64,000 bases of DNA from Gammaproteobacteria bacterium. Its GTDB lineage: Bacteria > Pseudomonadota > Gammaproteobacteria > Steroidobacterales > Foliamicaceae. Below the pieces are notes generated by a model that saw only the letters and a program-made list of their open reading frames with translations, did no database searches and was not told the DNA's origin. Made by a program: the position numbers and the translations under genes. Of this stretch, positions 54,681 through 63,998 are shown piece by piece. Each line of letters opens with the position of its first letter. The stretch's first letter is position 1. Location: assembly GCA_009845905.1 (NCBI GenBank), contig VXYS01000009.1:580325-644324 (forward strand), written 5' to 3'.

Positions 54681-56491
54681 TTCATTTCTCCTGTCTCGGC
54701 TGAGCGCAGCTCGCCCGGAAAATGGCAGGCGACATGACGCCCGTGGCTTTCCTTCAGGGCGGGTTTTTCGACACTGCATAAAGGCCTGGCGATCGGACAA
54801 CGGGAATGGAAGGCACACCCGGAAGGGAGATTCAACGGTGACGGCTGCTCGCCCCGTAGCGAGATTCTCTCCGACCGCCGTTCCGGTTGTGGATCCGGCG
54901 CTGCTGACAGCAACGCTGCCGTATACGGATGCAGGGGGTCGCGGGTGAGTGTCCGCCCCTCGGCTTCCTCGACGATTTCGCCAAGGTACATAACAACGAG
55001 TCGATCCGCGATGTGATGCATCAATGCCAGATCGTGGGCGACGATGAGATACCCAATGCCAAATTCGGATTGCAGCGATTTGAGCAACGCCACGATTTGC
55101 GCCTGCATGGAAACGTCCAACCCGGCCACTGGTTCATCGGCGATCAGGATCTCCGGTTGTAATGCCAGCGCCCGAGCAATGGCGATGCGTTGGCGTTGTC
55201 CGCCGGAAAACTGATTCGGACGCCGATTGAGTGAATCGTCCGGCAGGCCTACCAATGACAATACCTCGCGAACTCTTCCCTCGCGCTCTTTTGGGGTTCC
55301 CAATCGTTGCGCGCGCAGCGGTTCCGCGACGATTTTGCGCACCGTCCATCGCGGATTGAGGCTGGCGTACGGATCCTGAAAGACCAACTGCAGGCGTCGC
55401 CGAAGCGGCTTTAGCTCCTGCTCACGTGCGTCGGTGATGTCTTGTCCATCAAAAAATACCGAACCCTGCGTTGGCCGGTGTATACCCATCAATGCCGAAA
55501 TCAGTGTTGACTTGCCTGATCCGGATTCGCCCACCAGCCCCACGGTTTCGCCACGACTCAAGGATATATCGACGCCGTTTACCGCGTGCAGATCCTGGCC
55601 TTTCGTCCTGAACGTCACGCGGAGCGTTTTGCCCTCAAGCAGCGGTCGATCCTCCACCGCGGTAAAGGAACTGCGTGGAACCACGTACGGGCGCCGAAAG
55701 CTCGGCACGGCACGAACAAGCGATTTCGTGTACTCATGCTGCGGGCGAGCAAGCAATTCCGCACACTCGCCTGATTCGATGAACTCACCACGTTTCATGA
55801 CCACGATTCGATCGCAAATCTCTGCGGCAACGCCCAAGTCATGCGTCACCAGAATCATGCCACGCTCGCCAATTCGACTCTTAAGCAAATCCAGGATCTG
55901 CGCTTGAATGGTTGAATCCAATGCTGTGGTTGGTTCGTCGGCGATCAGTAACGATGGATTGTTCAGTGTCGACAACGCAATCATTACACGTTGTCGGAGT
56001 CCGCCGGAAAGTTCGTGGGGATAAGCGCCGAATCGCTGTTCAGGCACCGGTATGCCGACGTCCGACATGGCCTCGACACAACGCGTACGTGCTTCCTTTA
56101 TGGAAATCTCCTGGTATCGAAGTACGGTCTCCAGCATCATTGCACCGACCGTACGCACAGGATTGAAACTACTCATTGGATCCTGAAACACCATGGCGAT
56201 TTCTCGCCCACGCAGTGCTCGCGTTTGCTCCGGACGATAGTCGGTAATTTCATGACCATTGAGCCGGACTGAGTCGACAGTACGAATTCCTGTTTGCGGT
56301 ACCAGATCAAGGAGGCTCAGTCCGACCATGGTTTTGCCGGAACCCGATTCGCCGACAAGACCAACGATCTCTCCTCGATTGATATTTAAATCGACAGCGC
56401 GAACGACCTTGTCCCAGGTACCATCAATCTTGGGAAATTTGACGGTCAGCCCGCGAAGCTCAAGGACACTGTTTTCTTGTCGAGGGTTCAT
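54677..56491 (-). CDS. Fused double ATPase of an oligopeptide-type ABC importer (DppD-DppF-like)
   Basis: ATG 56491 overlaps the permease stop (ATGA). Two Walker A sites (GESGSGKT, GESGSGKS), two signatures (LSGGLRQR, FSGGQRQR), and an oligopeptide C-terminal motif HPYT. Confidence 0.9.
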   Translation of the reverse strand: MNPRQENSVLELRGLTVKFPKIDGTWDKVVRAVDLNINRGEIVGLVGESGSGKTMVGLSLLDLVPQTGIRTVDSVRLNGHEITDYRPEQTRALRGREIAMVFQDPMSSFNPVRTVGAMMLETVLRYQEISIKEARTRCVEAMSDVGIPVPEQRFGAYPHELSGGLRQRVMIALSTLNNPSLLIADEPTTALDSTIQAQILDLLKSRIGERGMILVTHDLGVAAEICDRIVVMKRGEFIESGECAELLARPQHEYTKSLVRAVPSFRRPYVVPRSSFTAVEDRPLLEGKTLRVTFRTKGQDLHAVNGVDISLSRGETVGLVGESGSGKSTLISALMGIHRPTQGSVFFDGQDITDAREQELKPLRRRLQLVFQDPYASLNPRWTVRKIVAEPLRAQRLGTPKEREGRVREVLSLVGLPDDSLNRRPNQFSGGQRQRIAIARALALQPEILIADEPVAGLDVSMQAQIVALLKSLQSEFGIGYLIVAHDLALMHHIADRLVVMYLGEIVEEAEGRTLTRDPLHPYTAALLSAAPDPQPERRSERISLRGEQPSPLNLPSGCAFHSRCPIARPLCSVEKPALKESHGRHVACHFPGELRSAETGEMK

Positions 56492-57357
56492 AAAAGCGGC
56501 GCAGGGCCCTTTTGCCGGAACCGCTGCGTCAATCCGTCTCCCAATAGATTGGCGGCGACAACCACAATCACAATCGCAATTCCCGGGGCAAACACCAACC
56601 AGGGTTCGCGCAGCAGGTATTGGCGCGCCTCCGCCAGCATGTTGCCCCAGGTTGGCGCACCGAGAGGTGCACCGATTCCAAGAAACGAAAGTGCGCTTTC
56701 GGCGATCAACATGTCCGCACAATTGAACGCGGTCATCGCCAATAGCGTGGGCAGGATACCTGGCAGAAGATGCCCACCAAGAATCGACCAGCGACCGACC
56801 CCCTGCAACCGCGCGTTAGTCACGTAGCTGCGCTGCATGAGGCTTAGTGCCTCCGCATAGGTCACCCGAGCAAAGACCGGCCAGCCCAGGAAACCGAGCG
56901 TCAGCACCATTGGCAGCCAGCCTTGACCAATTATCGCAATGACACAAACCGCAACGATGAGTCCCGGAAACGCAATAACCGTATCTGTAAACCACCGAAT
57001 CGTTGTGCGCGGCCACCCGTCGATTCCCGCGGCCGATAAACCAAGAATTGCCCCAATCGTGAGCGAAATAAGTGTTGCGCTGACCGCCGCACTGCTCGAC
57101 CAGACGAGGCCGGCGAGCAACCGCGACCAGATATCACGCCCGATGTGATCGGTTCCAAGCCAATGTCCGGCAGTACCAAGGGGCTGCAGGCGATTCTCAA
57201 GCACATTGACGTCCGGTTCGTGCGCGGACAACAAAGGCGCGAACACAACCATCAACGCCAACGCGAGACACATGCCAATGCCGAATATGAGTTCCACGTT
57301 GCGGCTACCCAGGGCCCGCCGCCGTGTTGGTTCAAGCCGACGACGCGCGAAAATCAC
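56488..57357 (-). CDS. ABC importer permease (DppC-like)
   Basis: GTG 57357 overlaps the upstream stop (GTGA). 289 aa, about 6 TM helices, EAA-loop-like region YAEALSLMQRSYVTNARLQGV. Confidence 0.88.
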   Translation of the reverse strand: MIFARRRLEPTRRRALGSRNVELIFGIGMCLALALMVVFAPLLSAHEPDVNVLENRLQPLGTAGHWLGTDHIGRDIWSRLLAGLVWSSSAAVSATLISLTIGAILGLSAAGIDGWPRTTIRWFTDTVIAFPGLIVAVCVIAIIGQGWLPMVLTLGFLGWPVFARVTYAEALSLMQRSYVTNARLQGVGRWSILGGHLLPGILPTLLAMTAFNCADMLIAESALSFLGIGAPLGAPTWGNMLAEARQYLLREPWLVFAPGIAIVIVVVAANLLGDGLTQRFRQKGPAPLL

Positions 57358-58316
57358 GTGCTGGTCCCCGTGTCACGTAACCTCGGATCGAAGAACCGAA
57401 AGCTCATGTCCGTAAGCGTATTGACGGCGAAGACCAGTACGGCAATGAAGATTGCGAGAGTCTGGACCAATGGAAAATCCAGCGTTCTTGTTGACTGCAT
57501 GAGCTGCCAGCCCAGACCAGGCCATGCGAACATCGTCTCAACGATCACCGAGCCCGAAACCAGGTACGCGAACTGCGCACCGATGAGCGCAACCGCACCC
57601 AGCAGCGCATTGGGCAACGCGTGCCTCCAAAGCACTGCGCGCGGCGATGAGCCATATGCGAGTGCTGTGCGAATGTAGTCTTTGCTTAGCGTCTCGGATA
57701 CCTTGGTGCTGATGACACGCGTGAGCTTGGGCACCAGAAAGGAAGCCAGTGTCAGTGTCGGCAACACCCAGGTTTCGAGTCCGCCTCGACCGATCGACGG
57801 CAACCAACCCAGTTTTACCGACAACAACTGGATGAGAAAGAGACCGGCAACGAATCCCGGCACACCCTGTGCGAGAAAGATAATCAGATTCGCAACGCGA
57901 CGAGACCCGTGCATCTGGTAAATACCAAGCCAGGCTCCTAATGGGAGACAAATGGCAATGGTGAGAAGCATTGCCATCACGGTTAACTGAAGTGTTACCG
58001 GGAGCGCTTCCACCACCACTGTCAATGCGGGTCGACCGCTTTCCAGCGAGATGCCGAAATCAAGGCGCGCCAAGGACCATAGATAGTTGATGTACTGCAC
58101 AACGAGCGGTTGATCGAGGCCGTAGTGCGCTTTGATCGCTGCCAGCTGGGCTTCAGTAGCATCCGGACCCGCCAGAACAAGCGCTGGGTCACCGGCGACG
58201 CGGAGCAGAAAAAACAACAGCGTCACCAGCGAAAACAACAGAAAGAAGAGCTCCTTCAGTTTCCGCAGGCTGGATTGTGCTAGCGGAGACCGAGTAAAAA
58301 CACGAATTGGCGCCAT
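57354..58316 (-). CDS. ABC importer permease (DppB-like)
   Basis: 320 aa; RVAGDPALVLAGPDATEAQL N-terminal region and the EAA motif KDYIRTALAYGSSP typical of DppB/OppB. Confidence 0.88.
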   Translation of the reverse strand: MAPIRVFTRSPLAQSSLRKLKELFFLLFSLVTLLFFLLRVAGDPALVLAGPDATEAQLAAIKAHYGLDQPLVVQYINYLWSLARLDFGISLESGRPALTVVVEALPVTLQLTVMAMLLTIAICLPLGAWLGIYQMHGSRRVANLIIFLAQGVPGFVAGLFLIQLLSVKLGWLPSIGRGGLETWVLPTLTLASFLVPKLTRVISTKVSETLSKDYIRTALAYGSSPRAVLWRHALPNALLGAVALIGAQFAYLVSGSVIVETMFAWPGLGWQLMQSTRTLDFPLVQTLAIFIAVLVFAVNTLTDMSFRFFDPRLRDTGTST

Positions 58317-58441
58317 AATCGCGGCTCTCCACTTGGCCGAGCATTTGGGCGCACCGTCACGGCATGCCCCCGTTGTAATTTACTCCCAATAAACATCCAA
58401 GTCGGGTGTTGTTGGATAGACTTGACTGATCAGGTCAGGAA

Positions 58442-59965
58442 ATGTCTAAACCAGAAATACCAGCCATTCAAAACGTAACTGCAGGCCGAGCGGTCCGCTG
58501 CGCTGCCGAACGAGCGCCTGAAAAGGTGGCAATCTCGTTCGAAGACCGCTCCCTGACCTACCGCGAATTGGCGGATCGCATAAGCCGGGTCGCGGCCCTG
58601 TCAAGTGAAAAGTGGGCGCTTGGTGCCGGCGATCGAGTGGTCCTCCTTGCACCCAATTGCATTGAATACGCTGAACTCTTATTCGGTTTGACGGAAATGG
58701 GCGTGGTAGTCGCCACTTTGAATCCGTCTCTCACCTCAAGCGAACTTAAGAAGATAGTGGCTGATTGTGATCCCACTCTGGTCATCGCTCACAATGAATT
58801 ACGAGACGTCGTGGACTCGGCGCTTCCTACGGAGACCTTTGGTGGAAACCAAACCGACCTCATTAAAGACATCCAACCAATAGACAATTATCCGGCGATC
58901 ACCGAGGAACACCCGTTCGTGATCGGCTATACGTCCGGGACAACCGGCGACCCCAAAGGAGTCGTACTGTCCCACAGGAGTCGGACATGGACTTTGATGG
59001 CAATGGGGGTTGAGTGGGGTTGCTTTGGACCCAATGATGACTTTTTGCTGATGACACCACTTTTCCATGCCGCTGGTTTTGTCTTTTTGGCGGCACCTTT
59101 GATGTTTGGTGGAACAGTCACAATCACGAGATCCTTCGACGTCGACAGGGCCATCACACTATTGTCAACCGACCGGCATACAGGGGTGTTCCTGGTGCCG
59201 ACGATGATTCATCGAATGCTGGATTCGTTAGCGGAATCCAATATCCCGTTCCCTGGAGAGACGCTGAAGACTGTGATCAGCAATGCCGCAGCACTCCCGC
59301 AAGCCACCAAGGAAAAAGTGGTAAATCAATGGGGCGAAGGCCTGTTGCACGAGACGTACGGAGCAACGGAGTATGGAATAGTCACCAACATTCGGCCCGA
59401 AGATCAACTGCTGAAGGAAGACAGCGTTGGCACGCCCTTTGCCAACATGGAAGCACAGATCCGGGACCAGGACGGCCATGTCATCAACGGCGAAGGTACG
59501 GGACTGCTCTATGCGCGCGGCCCATCAACCTTTAGCGGGTATTGGCGTAATCCTGCCGAAACCCGGAAAGCCGTCCAGGACGGTTGGGTCACGGTGGGCG
59601 ATGTGGCCAGGCGCGACAAAGATGGATGCTACTATATCGTCGACCGCGCGAAAGACATGGTCGTTAGCGGCGGCGTAAACATCTACCCGCGGGAAATCGA
59701 GAAAGTCTTGATGGCCTTACCCGATGTGGTGGAGTGTGCTGTTATCGGCGTACCTGACAGTGAGTGGGGTGAGAGATTGCGGGCCTTTGTTGTTGCCGCT
59801 GACTCAGCCAGGCTGACTTCGTCCCAAATAATCGAACACTGTCGCAATCAACTCGCCAGCGCAAAGATTCCTCGTGACATATTGTTCACCGACGATCTTC
59901 CCAAGAACGCTTCCGGCAAGGTCCTGAAGAACAGGCTCAGAGAGAGGAAAAAACGTGAGCAATGA
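58442..59965 (+). CDS. AMP-dependent acyl-CoA synthetase/ligase
   Basis: AMP-binding motif IGYTSGTTGDPKGV, YGATE, GWVTVGDVARRDKDGCYYIVDRAKD, and a C-terminal GKVLK. Confidence 0.9.
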   Translation: MSKPEIPAIQNVTAGRAVRCAAERAPEKVAISFEDRSLTYRELADRISRVAALSSEKWALGAGDRVVLLAPNCIEYAELLFGLTEMGVVVATLNPSLTSSELKKIVADCDPTLVIAHNELRDVVDSALPTETFGGNQTDLIKDIQPIDNYPAITEEHPFVIGYTSGTTGDPKGVVLSHRSRTWTLMAMGVEWGCFGPNDDFLLMTPLFHAAGFVFLAAPLMFGGTVTITRSFDVDRAITLLSTDRHTGVFLVPTMIHRMLDSLAESNIPFPGETLKTVISNAAALPQATKEKVVNQWGEGLLHETYGATEYGIVTNIRPEDQLLKEDSVGTPFANMEAQIRDQDGHVINGEGTGLLYARGPSTFSGYWRNPAETRKAVQDGWVTVGDVARRDKDGCYYIVDRAKDMVVSGGVNIYPREIEKVLMALPDVVECAVIGVPDSEWGERLRAFVVAADSARLTSSQIIEHCRNQLASAKIPRDILFTDDLPKNASGKVLKNRLRERKKREQ

Positions 59966-60380
59966 GACGTTCCGCACAACCAGACAAAAAGCAGTGGCAC
60001 TGGATTTTCTGGAAGCGTTCTGGCGGGCTGATCTGGATGAAGCCTACGCACATCTGACTTCGGACGCCAAGTTTTACGTCGCGCCCTCTGGCGCTGACGT
60101 TCGCGAGCAAGATGCGCGATCCATGCTGGAATTCCTTGTAGACAAACTCTTCAGTCGGTTTCATGAGAATCACCCGCTGAAGTGCGAAATCACTTCGATG
60201 ATACAGGAGCATGATGTGGTTGCAACGGAGTATGTTGCGCGAGCAAAAACGTTCCGCTTAGAACCCTACGAGAATTATTACTCGGCTCATTTGGTAATTG
60301 AGGACCATCTGGTCAGGTCGATCAGCACCTACGGGGACACGTTGTATATGAAGGGTTTGTTGTCCATGCAACGCGGCTAA
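59955..60380 (+). CDS. SnoaL/NTF2-like small protein
   Basis: GTG 59955 overlaps the ligase end by 11 nt. 141 aa; ALDFLEAFWRADLDEAYAHLTSDAKF resembles ketosteroid-isomerase/SnoaL-like folds. Weak call. Confidence 0.5.
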   Translation: MSNETFRTTRQKAVALDFLEAFWRADLDEAYAHLTSDAKFYVAPSGADVREQDARSMLEFLVDKLFSRFHENHPLKCEITSMIQEHDVVATEYVARAKTFRLEPYENYYSAHLVIEDHLVRSISTYGDTLYMKGLLSMQRG

Positions 60381-60405
60381 CGGGTTTCGTAAGCTATTGA
60401 TTTAA

Positions 60406-60481
<76 letters not shown>

Positions 60482-60550
60482 TTGGGGAAAGTGCGCGGAT
60501 TATAGCGTCGCGCCGGCATTTTCGAATGTCGCGCGCGAGGCGCCGCAGGG

Positions 60551-60823
60551 TTAGTCCGATGGTGGCCGATACCCTTCCGGTTTGCTGGAACCGCCGCCGA
60601 AGAAGAAGGCTTCCATCTGCTCCTCAAGGAACTTGCGCGCGGCGGGCTCGATCGGGGTGAGGCGATACTCGTTGATCAGCATAGTCTGGTGCGAGAGCCA
60701 CTGCCGCCAGGCCTGTTGCGAGACGTTTTCGAAGATGCGCTGGCCCAGCGCTCCCGGGTAGGGCGGACGCGGCAATCCTTCGGCCTCCGTGCCAAGCAGC
60801 ACGCACTGTACGGTTCGGGTCAT
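60551..60823 (-). CDS. yggX: Fe(2+)-trafficking / oxidative-damage protection protein YggX
   Basis: [17 protein letters not shown]...[34 protein letters not shown] is colinear with E. coli YggX (recalled). Sits downstream of mutY, as in many Gammaproteobacteria. Confidence 0.85.
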   Translation of the reverse strand: MTRTVQCVLLGTEAEGLPRPPYPGALGQRIFENVSQQAWRQWLSHQTMLINEYRLTPIEPAARKFLEEQMEAFFFGGGSSKPEGYRPPSD

Positions 60824-60856
60824 CGCAGGGAATTGTGCAAAAGGCGCACCGGCGCG

Positions 60857-61915
60857 TCAACGCGAACGGGCCGCGCCAACTCCCAGCGACTCCACCAGGC
60901 GGCGAATGGGCGCCGGCATGCCAAGCTCCTGCACGCCGTCGTGCCACCGCCATTGAACGCCGTCCTGAATTTCGCTGGAGGACGTGTTCACGGGCAGATG
61001 GATCGGCCGGATCTCCAGCTCGAAGTGGCTGAAGCCGTGCCGGATCGGCGCAAGTTCGGCATGGCTTTTCGGGGAACAGCCGAGGACTCTGCCGCACCAG
61101 TCCCCGGCGCTTTCCCCGTCGTCAAGAGTGGGCAGGCTCCACAAACCTGCCCAGATGCCTGTGGGAGGGCGCCGGCGCAGCAGCACGGCGCCGTCCGGGC
61201 GTTGCGCCACGAGCATGGACCTGCGTTTGAGCGGGCGGTTCGCCCTGGGTTTCGAGGCCGGGATTTCGCCGGTCAGTCCGTGCCGCCTTGCGCGGCAGGA
61301 TTCGGCAAGAGGACACGCGTCGCAGCGGGGGCTGTGCCGCAGGCATACCGTGGCGCCCAGGTCCATGATCGCCTGCGTGTAGTCGCGCACCCTTTCCGAC
61401 GGCGTATTGGCCTCGGCCAGGCCCCATAACTTCCTGCTTATCGAGGCTTTGCCTGGCCAGCCCTCGACGGCATGCACACGCGCCAGAACGCGCCGCGCGT
61501 TGCCGTCCAGGATGGCCCTGCGCTGCCCGTGCGCCAGCGCAAGAATGGCGCCGGCCGTGGAGCGACCTATGCCGGGCAGCGCCACGAGCGAGTCGAAATC
61601 ATGGGGCAGTTCGCCACCGTGTTGCCCAACCACGATCCTGGCAGCCTTCAGCATGTTGTGCGCGCGTGTGTAGTAGCCCAATCCCGCCCAGATCGCCAAT
61701 ACATCGTCATCCTGTGCCGCGGCCAGAGATTGCACGTCCGGGAAGGAAGCCATGAACCGCTCGAAGTACGGCATCACGGTTTCGACGCGGGTCTGCTGAA
61801 GCATGATTTCCGACACCCAGATGCGGTAAGGCGTACGGTTCTTCTGCCAGGGAAGGTGTTTTCTTCCGTGCTTATCCCACCATGCGAGCAGTTGCGGCGC
61901 GATCATCGGGCGCAT
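60857..61915 (-). CDS. mutY: A/G-specific adenine DNA glycosylase
   Basis: WVSEIMLQQT, HhH-GPD LPGIGRSTAGAIL, a 4Fe-4S cluster C-x6-C-x2-C-x5-C (CLRHSPRCDACPLAESC), and a C-terminal NUDIX-like domain. An alternative ATG lies at 61906. Confidence 0.92.
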   Translation of the reverse strand: MRPMIAPQLLAWWDKHGRKHLPWQKNRTPYRIWVSEIMLQQTRVETVMPYFERFMASFPDVQSLAAAQDDDVLAIWAGLGYYTRAHNMLKAARIVVGQHGGELPHDFDSLVALPGIGRSTAGAILALAHGQRRAILDGNARRVLARVHAVEGWPGKASISRKLWGLAEANTPSERVRDYTQAIMDLGATVCLRHSPRCDACPLAESCRARRHGLTGEIPASKPRANRPLKRRSMLVAQRPDGAVLLRRRPPTGIWAGLWSLPTLDDGESAGDWCGRVLGCSPKSHAELAPIRHGFSHFELEIRPIHLPVNTSSSEIQDGVQWRWHDGVQELGMPAPIRRLVESLGVGAARSR

Positions 61916-63998
61916 TGTAGGGCCGGCCCTCGGGAGCGGTTGCGGACAGGTCGATCACCTGGTCGGCGTATTGCAGGATGGCCGGGCGGTGGGCGGCGCA
62001 TATCACCGTGATTCCGAGATCCCGGAGCGTACGTACGACCCGCTCCTCGGTCGCGGGATCGAGATGGCTGGTCGCTTCGTCCAGGATCATCGCGCGCGGG
62101 CGCCGGTAGAGGGCCCGGGCCAGCAGGATCCTCTGCACCTGACCGCCCGACAGGTTCGAACCCATGTCGCCGATCCGGCTGGCCATGCCCATCGGGAACT
62201 GCCGAATTTCCTCGTCCACGGCCGCCAGACGGGCCACTTCGTCGATCAGTTCCGTGTTTGGCGCCGGGTCGAAGAAACTGATGTTCTCGGCGATGCTGCC
62301 GCGAAACAGAACGTCGCCCTGCAGCACCAGGCCCAGTTGCCGGCGATAGTCGCGTCGGTGCAGGCGTTTGACGTCCGTTCCGTCCGCCAGAAACCTTCCT
62401 TCCGTGGCCGTTTCCAGGCCCGCGAACAGCTTGAGCAGGGTGCTCTTGCCGCTGCCCGATGGTCCCGTCAGCACGACCAGTTGACCCGGTTCAATACGGC
62501 AGGAAAATCCCCGCAGGACGAACTGCTCGTTGCTGCTGTAAGCGAATCCCAGGCCCCGCGCTTCGAACGCGCCGCCAAGCCGGCGAACCGGCAGTCCGTC
62601 CTCCGGTTCGGCCTCATGCTCCACGATGTCCCCCAACCGCTCGGCGTGCAGTCGAAGCATGTAAGCCTGCTGGAACAGTGAGATGAGCGAGCCGAGCGCC
62701 CCGCTGAACCGGCCACGCAAGGTCATGAAGGCAAACAGCGCGCCAAGCGTGATCTGACCGTTGAACAGCGCCAGCACTCCTACGCCCAGAAACGCGATCT
62801 GTTCGGCTTCGCCAAGCGCGCTCAGTCCGGCTCCGGAGTACATGCCTATGCGCGCGCTGCGCACATCCAGGTTCAGCTTGTCCACCAGGTGCGTTTGCCA
62901 GACGGTAAGACGTTCGCTCTCACCGGCCAGCGCCTTTACCGTTTCGCTTCCGCGGAGCGATTCCAGCATCGCCGAACTCTGCCTGGCTCCCGCCACCAGC
63001 CCGTCCCGCGACAAACGCCTTTGAGTGGGAAGCACGCTCCACACCAGCCCTGTGCGAAGCGCCAGACCGATAAGACTGATCATCATCAGGACGGGACTGT
63101 AGATCAGCATCACCACGCCGGTAAGACCGACCTTGAGCAGATCGATAATGCCCGTGACCACCGAGCCCGTCGCGAACTGGATGATCGGCGACAGCGATTG
63201 CATGCGTGAAACCACATCGCCGACATGCCGTTCCCGGAAGAAGCGCACCGGCAGGCTGAACAGCCGGCGCGTGAGATTGCGGGAAGTCTGCAGAGAGATC
63301 GACGTGGACAGCCAGATTCCGATCCAGCCCTGAAGCAACTGCAGCGGAATTCCTATTGCCGCCAGCAGGGCCATTGCGATAAGCATGGAGCGCAGCAACT
63401 CGGAGTCCTGGGACGTGGTTACCTCGTCGATCAGGATTTGCGAAAGTATGGGAGGCGCCAGACTGAGTATCTGCATCGCCAGCGCGATCATCGTCAGGCC
63501 CGCCAATGTGCGCGCGAGACGGTCGAACGACCGGGCTATGGACTTGAGCGGCAGTGCGCCCCGCAGGTCCGCGGCCCTGAAATCGGCATGCGGCGTCAGT
63601 TCGAGCGCCACGCCCGTGAAGTGCGTGTCCAATTGTGCAAGACGCCACCAGCGGCGATCGGCCGCCGGATCCAGGATCAGGGCGCGCTGCTTGCGAACTC
63701 TCTCCAGGACGACATAGTGATCCAGGTCCCAGTGCAGGACGCAGGGAACCTTGAGTTGCCGAAGCTCTTCCAGCTCCAGCCTGAGAGGTCGTCCGCTCAA
63801 GCCCAATATCTCGGCCGTTTCCATCAGCGCCTGCAGCGTGTGCCCGCGTCCTGCGCCTCCGGTTCGGGCACGGGCCGCGGCCAGGTCGATACGCAGTCCA
63901 TGAAAATCGGCAATCATCGCCAGACAGGCCAGCCCGCACTCGGATTGCTGGTGCTGAGGAATGTGCCGCAGCCGCCTGAGCTGGCCGATGGCGACGTC
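61872..63998 (-). CDS. C39-peptidase-domain ABC exporter (bacteriocin/double-glycine peptide type), 5' end at or beyond window edge
   Basis: The frame is open to the window end. QQSECGLACLAMIADFHG carries the catalytic-Cys motif (Cys codon 63938-63936) and HYVVL carries the His. Six-TM domain, Walker A GPSGSGKST, signature LSGGQVQR, Walker B MILDEATSHLD. Confidence 0.88.
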   Translation of the reverse strand, partial: DVAIGQLRRLRHIPQHQQSECGLACLAMIADFHGLRIDLAAARARTGGAGRGHTLQALMETAEILGLSGRPLRLELEELRQLKVPCVLHWDLDHYVVLERVRKQRALILDPAADRRWWRLAQLDTHFTGVALELTPHADFRAADLRGALPLKSIARSFDRLARTLAGLTMIALAMQILSLAPPILSQILIDEVTTSQDSELLRSMLIAMALLAAIGIPLQLLQGWIGIWLSTSISLQTSRNLTRRLFSLPVRFFRERHVGDVVSRMQSLSPIIQFATGSVVTGIIDLLKVGLTGVVMLIYSPVLMMISLIGLALRTGLVWSVLPTQRRLSRDGLVAGARQSSAMLESLRGSETVKALAGESERLTVWQTHLVDKLNLDVRSARIGMYSGAGLSALGEAEQIAFLGVGVLALFNGQITLGALFAFMTLRGRFSGALGSLISLFQQAYMLRLHAERLGDIVEHEAEPEDGLPVRRLGGAFEARGLGFAYSSNEQFVLRGFSCRIEPGQLVVLTGPSGSGKSTLLKLFAGLETATEGRFLADGTDVKRLHRRDYRRQLGLVLQGDVLFRGSIAENISFFDPAPNTELIDEVARLAAVDEEIRQFPMGMASRIGDMGSNLSGGQVQRILLARALYRRPRAMILDEATSHLDPATEERVVRTLRDLGITVICAAHRPAILQYADQVIDLSATAPEGRPYNAPDDRAATARMVG

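Larger units (their letters stand above)
41549..60405. mobile_element. Candidate genomic island (about 18.9 kb, lower GC) abutting the 3' end of tRNA-Phe; no integrase seen
   Basis: GC drops from about 63% or more to about 50-55% (sampled lines) between the 41536-41655 spacer and 60405. TGGTGGCC, the tRNA-Phe 3' terminus (60406-60413), recurs at 41549-41556. Confidence 0.5.
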
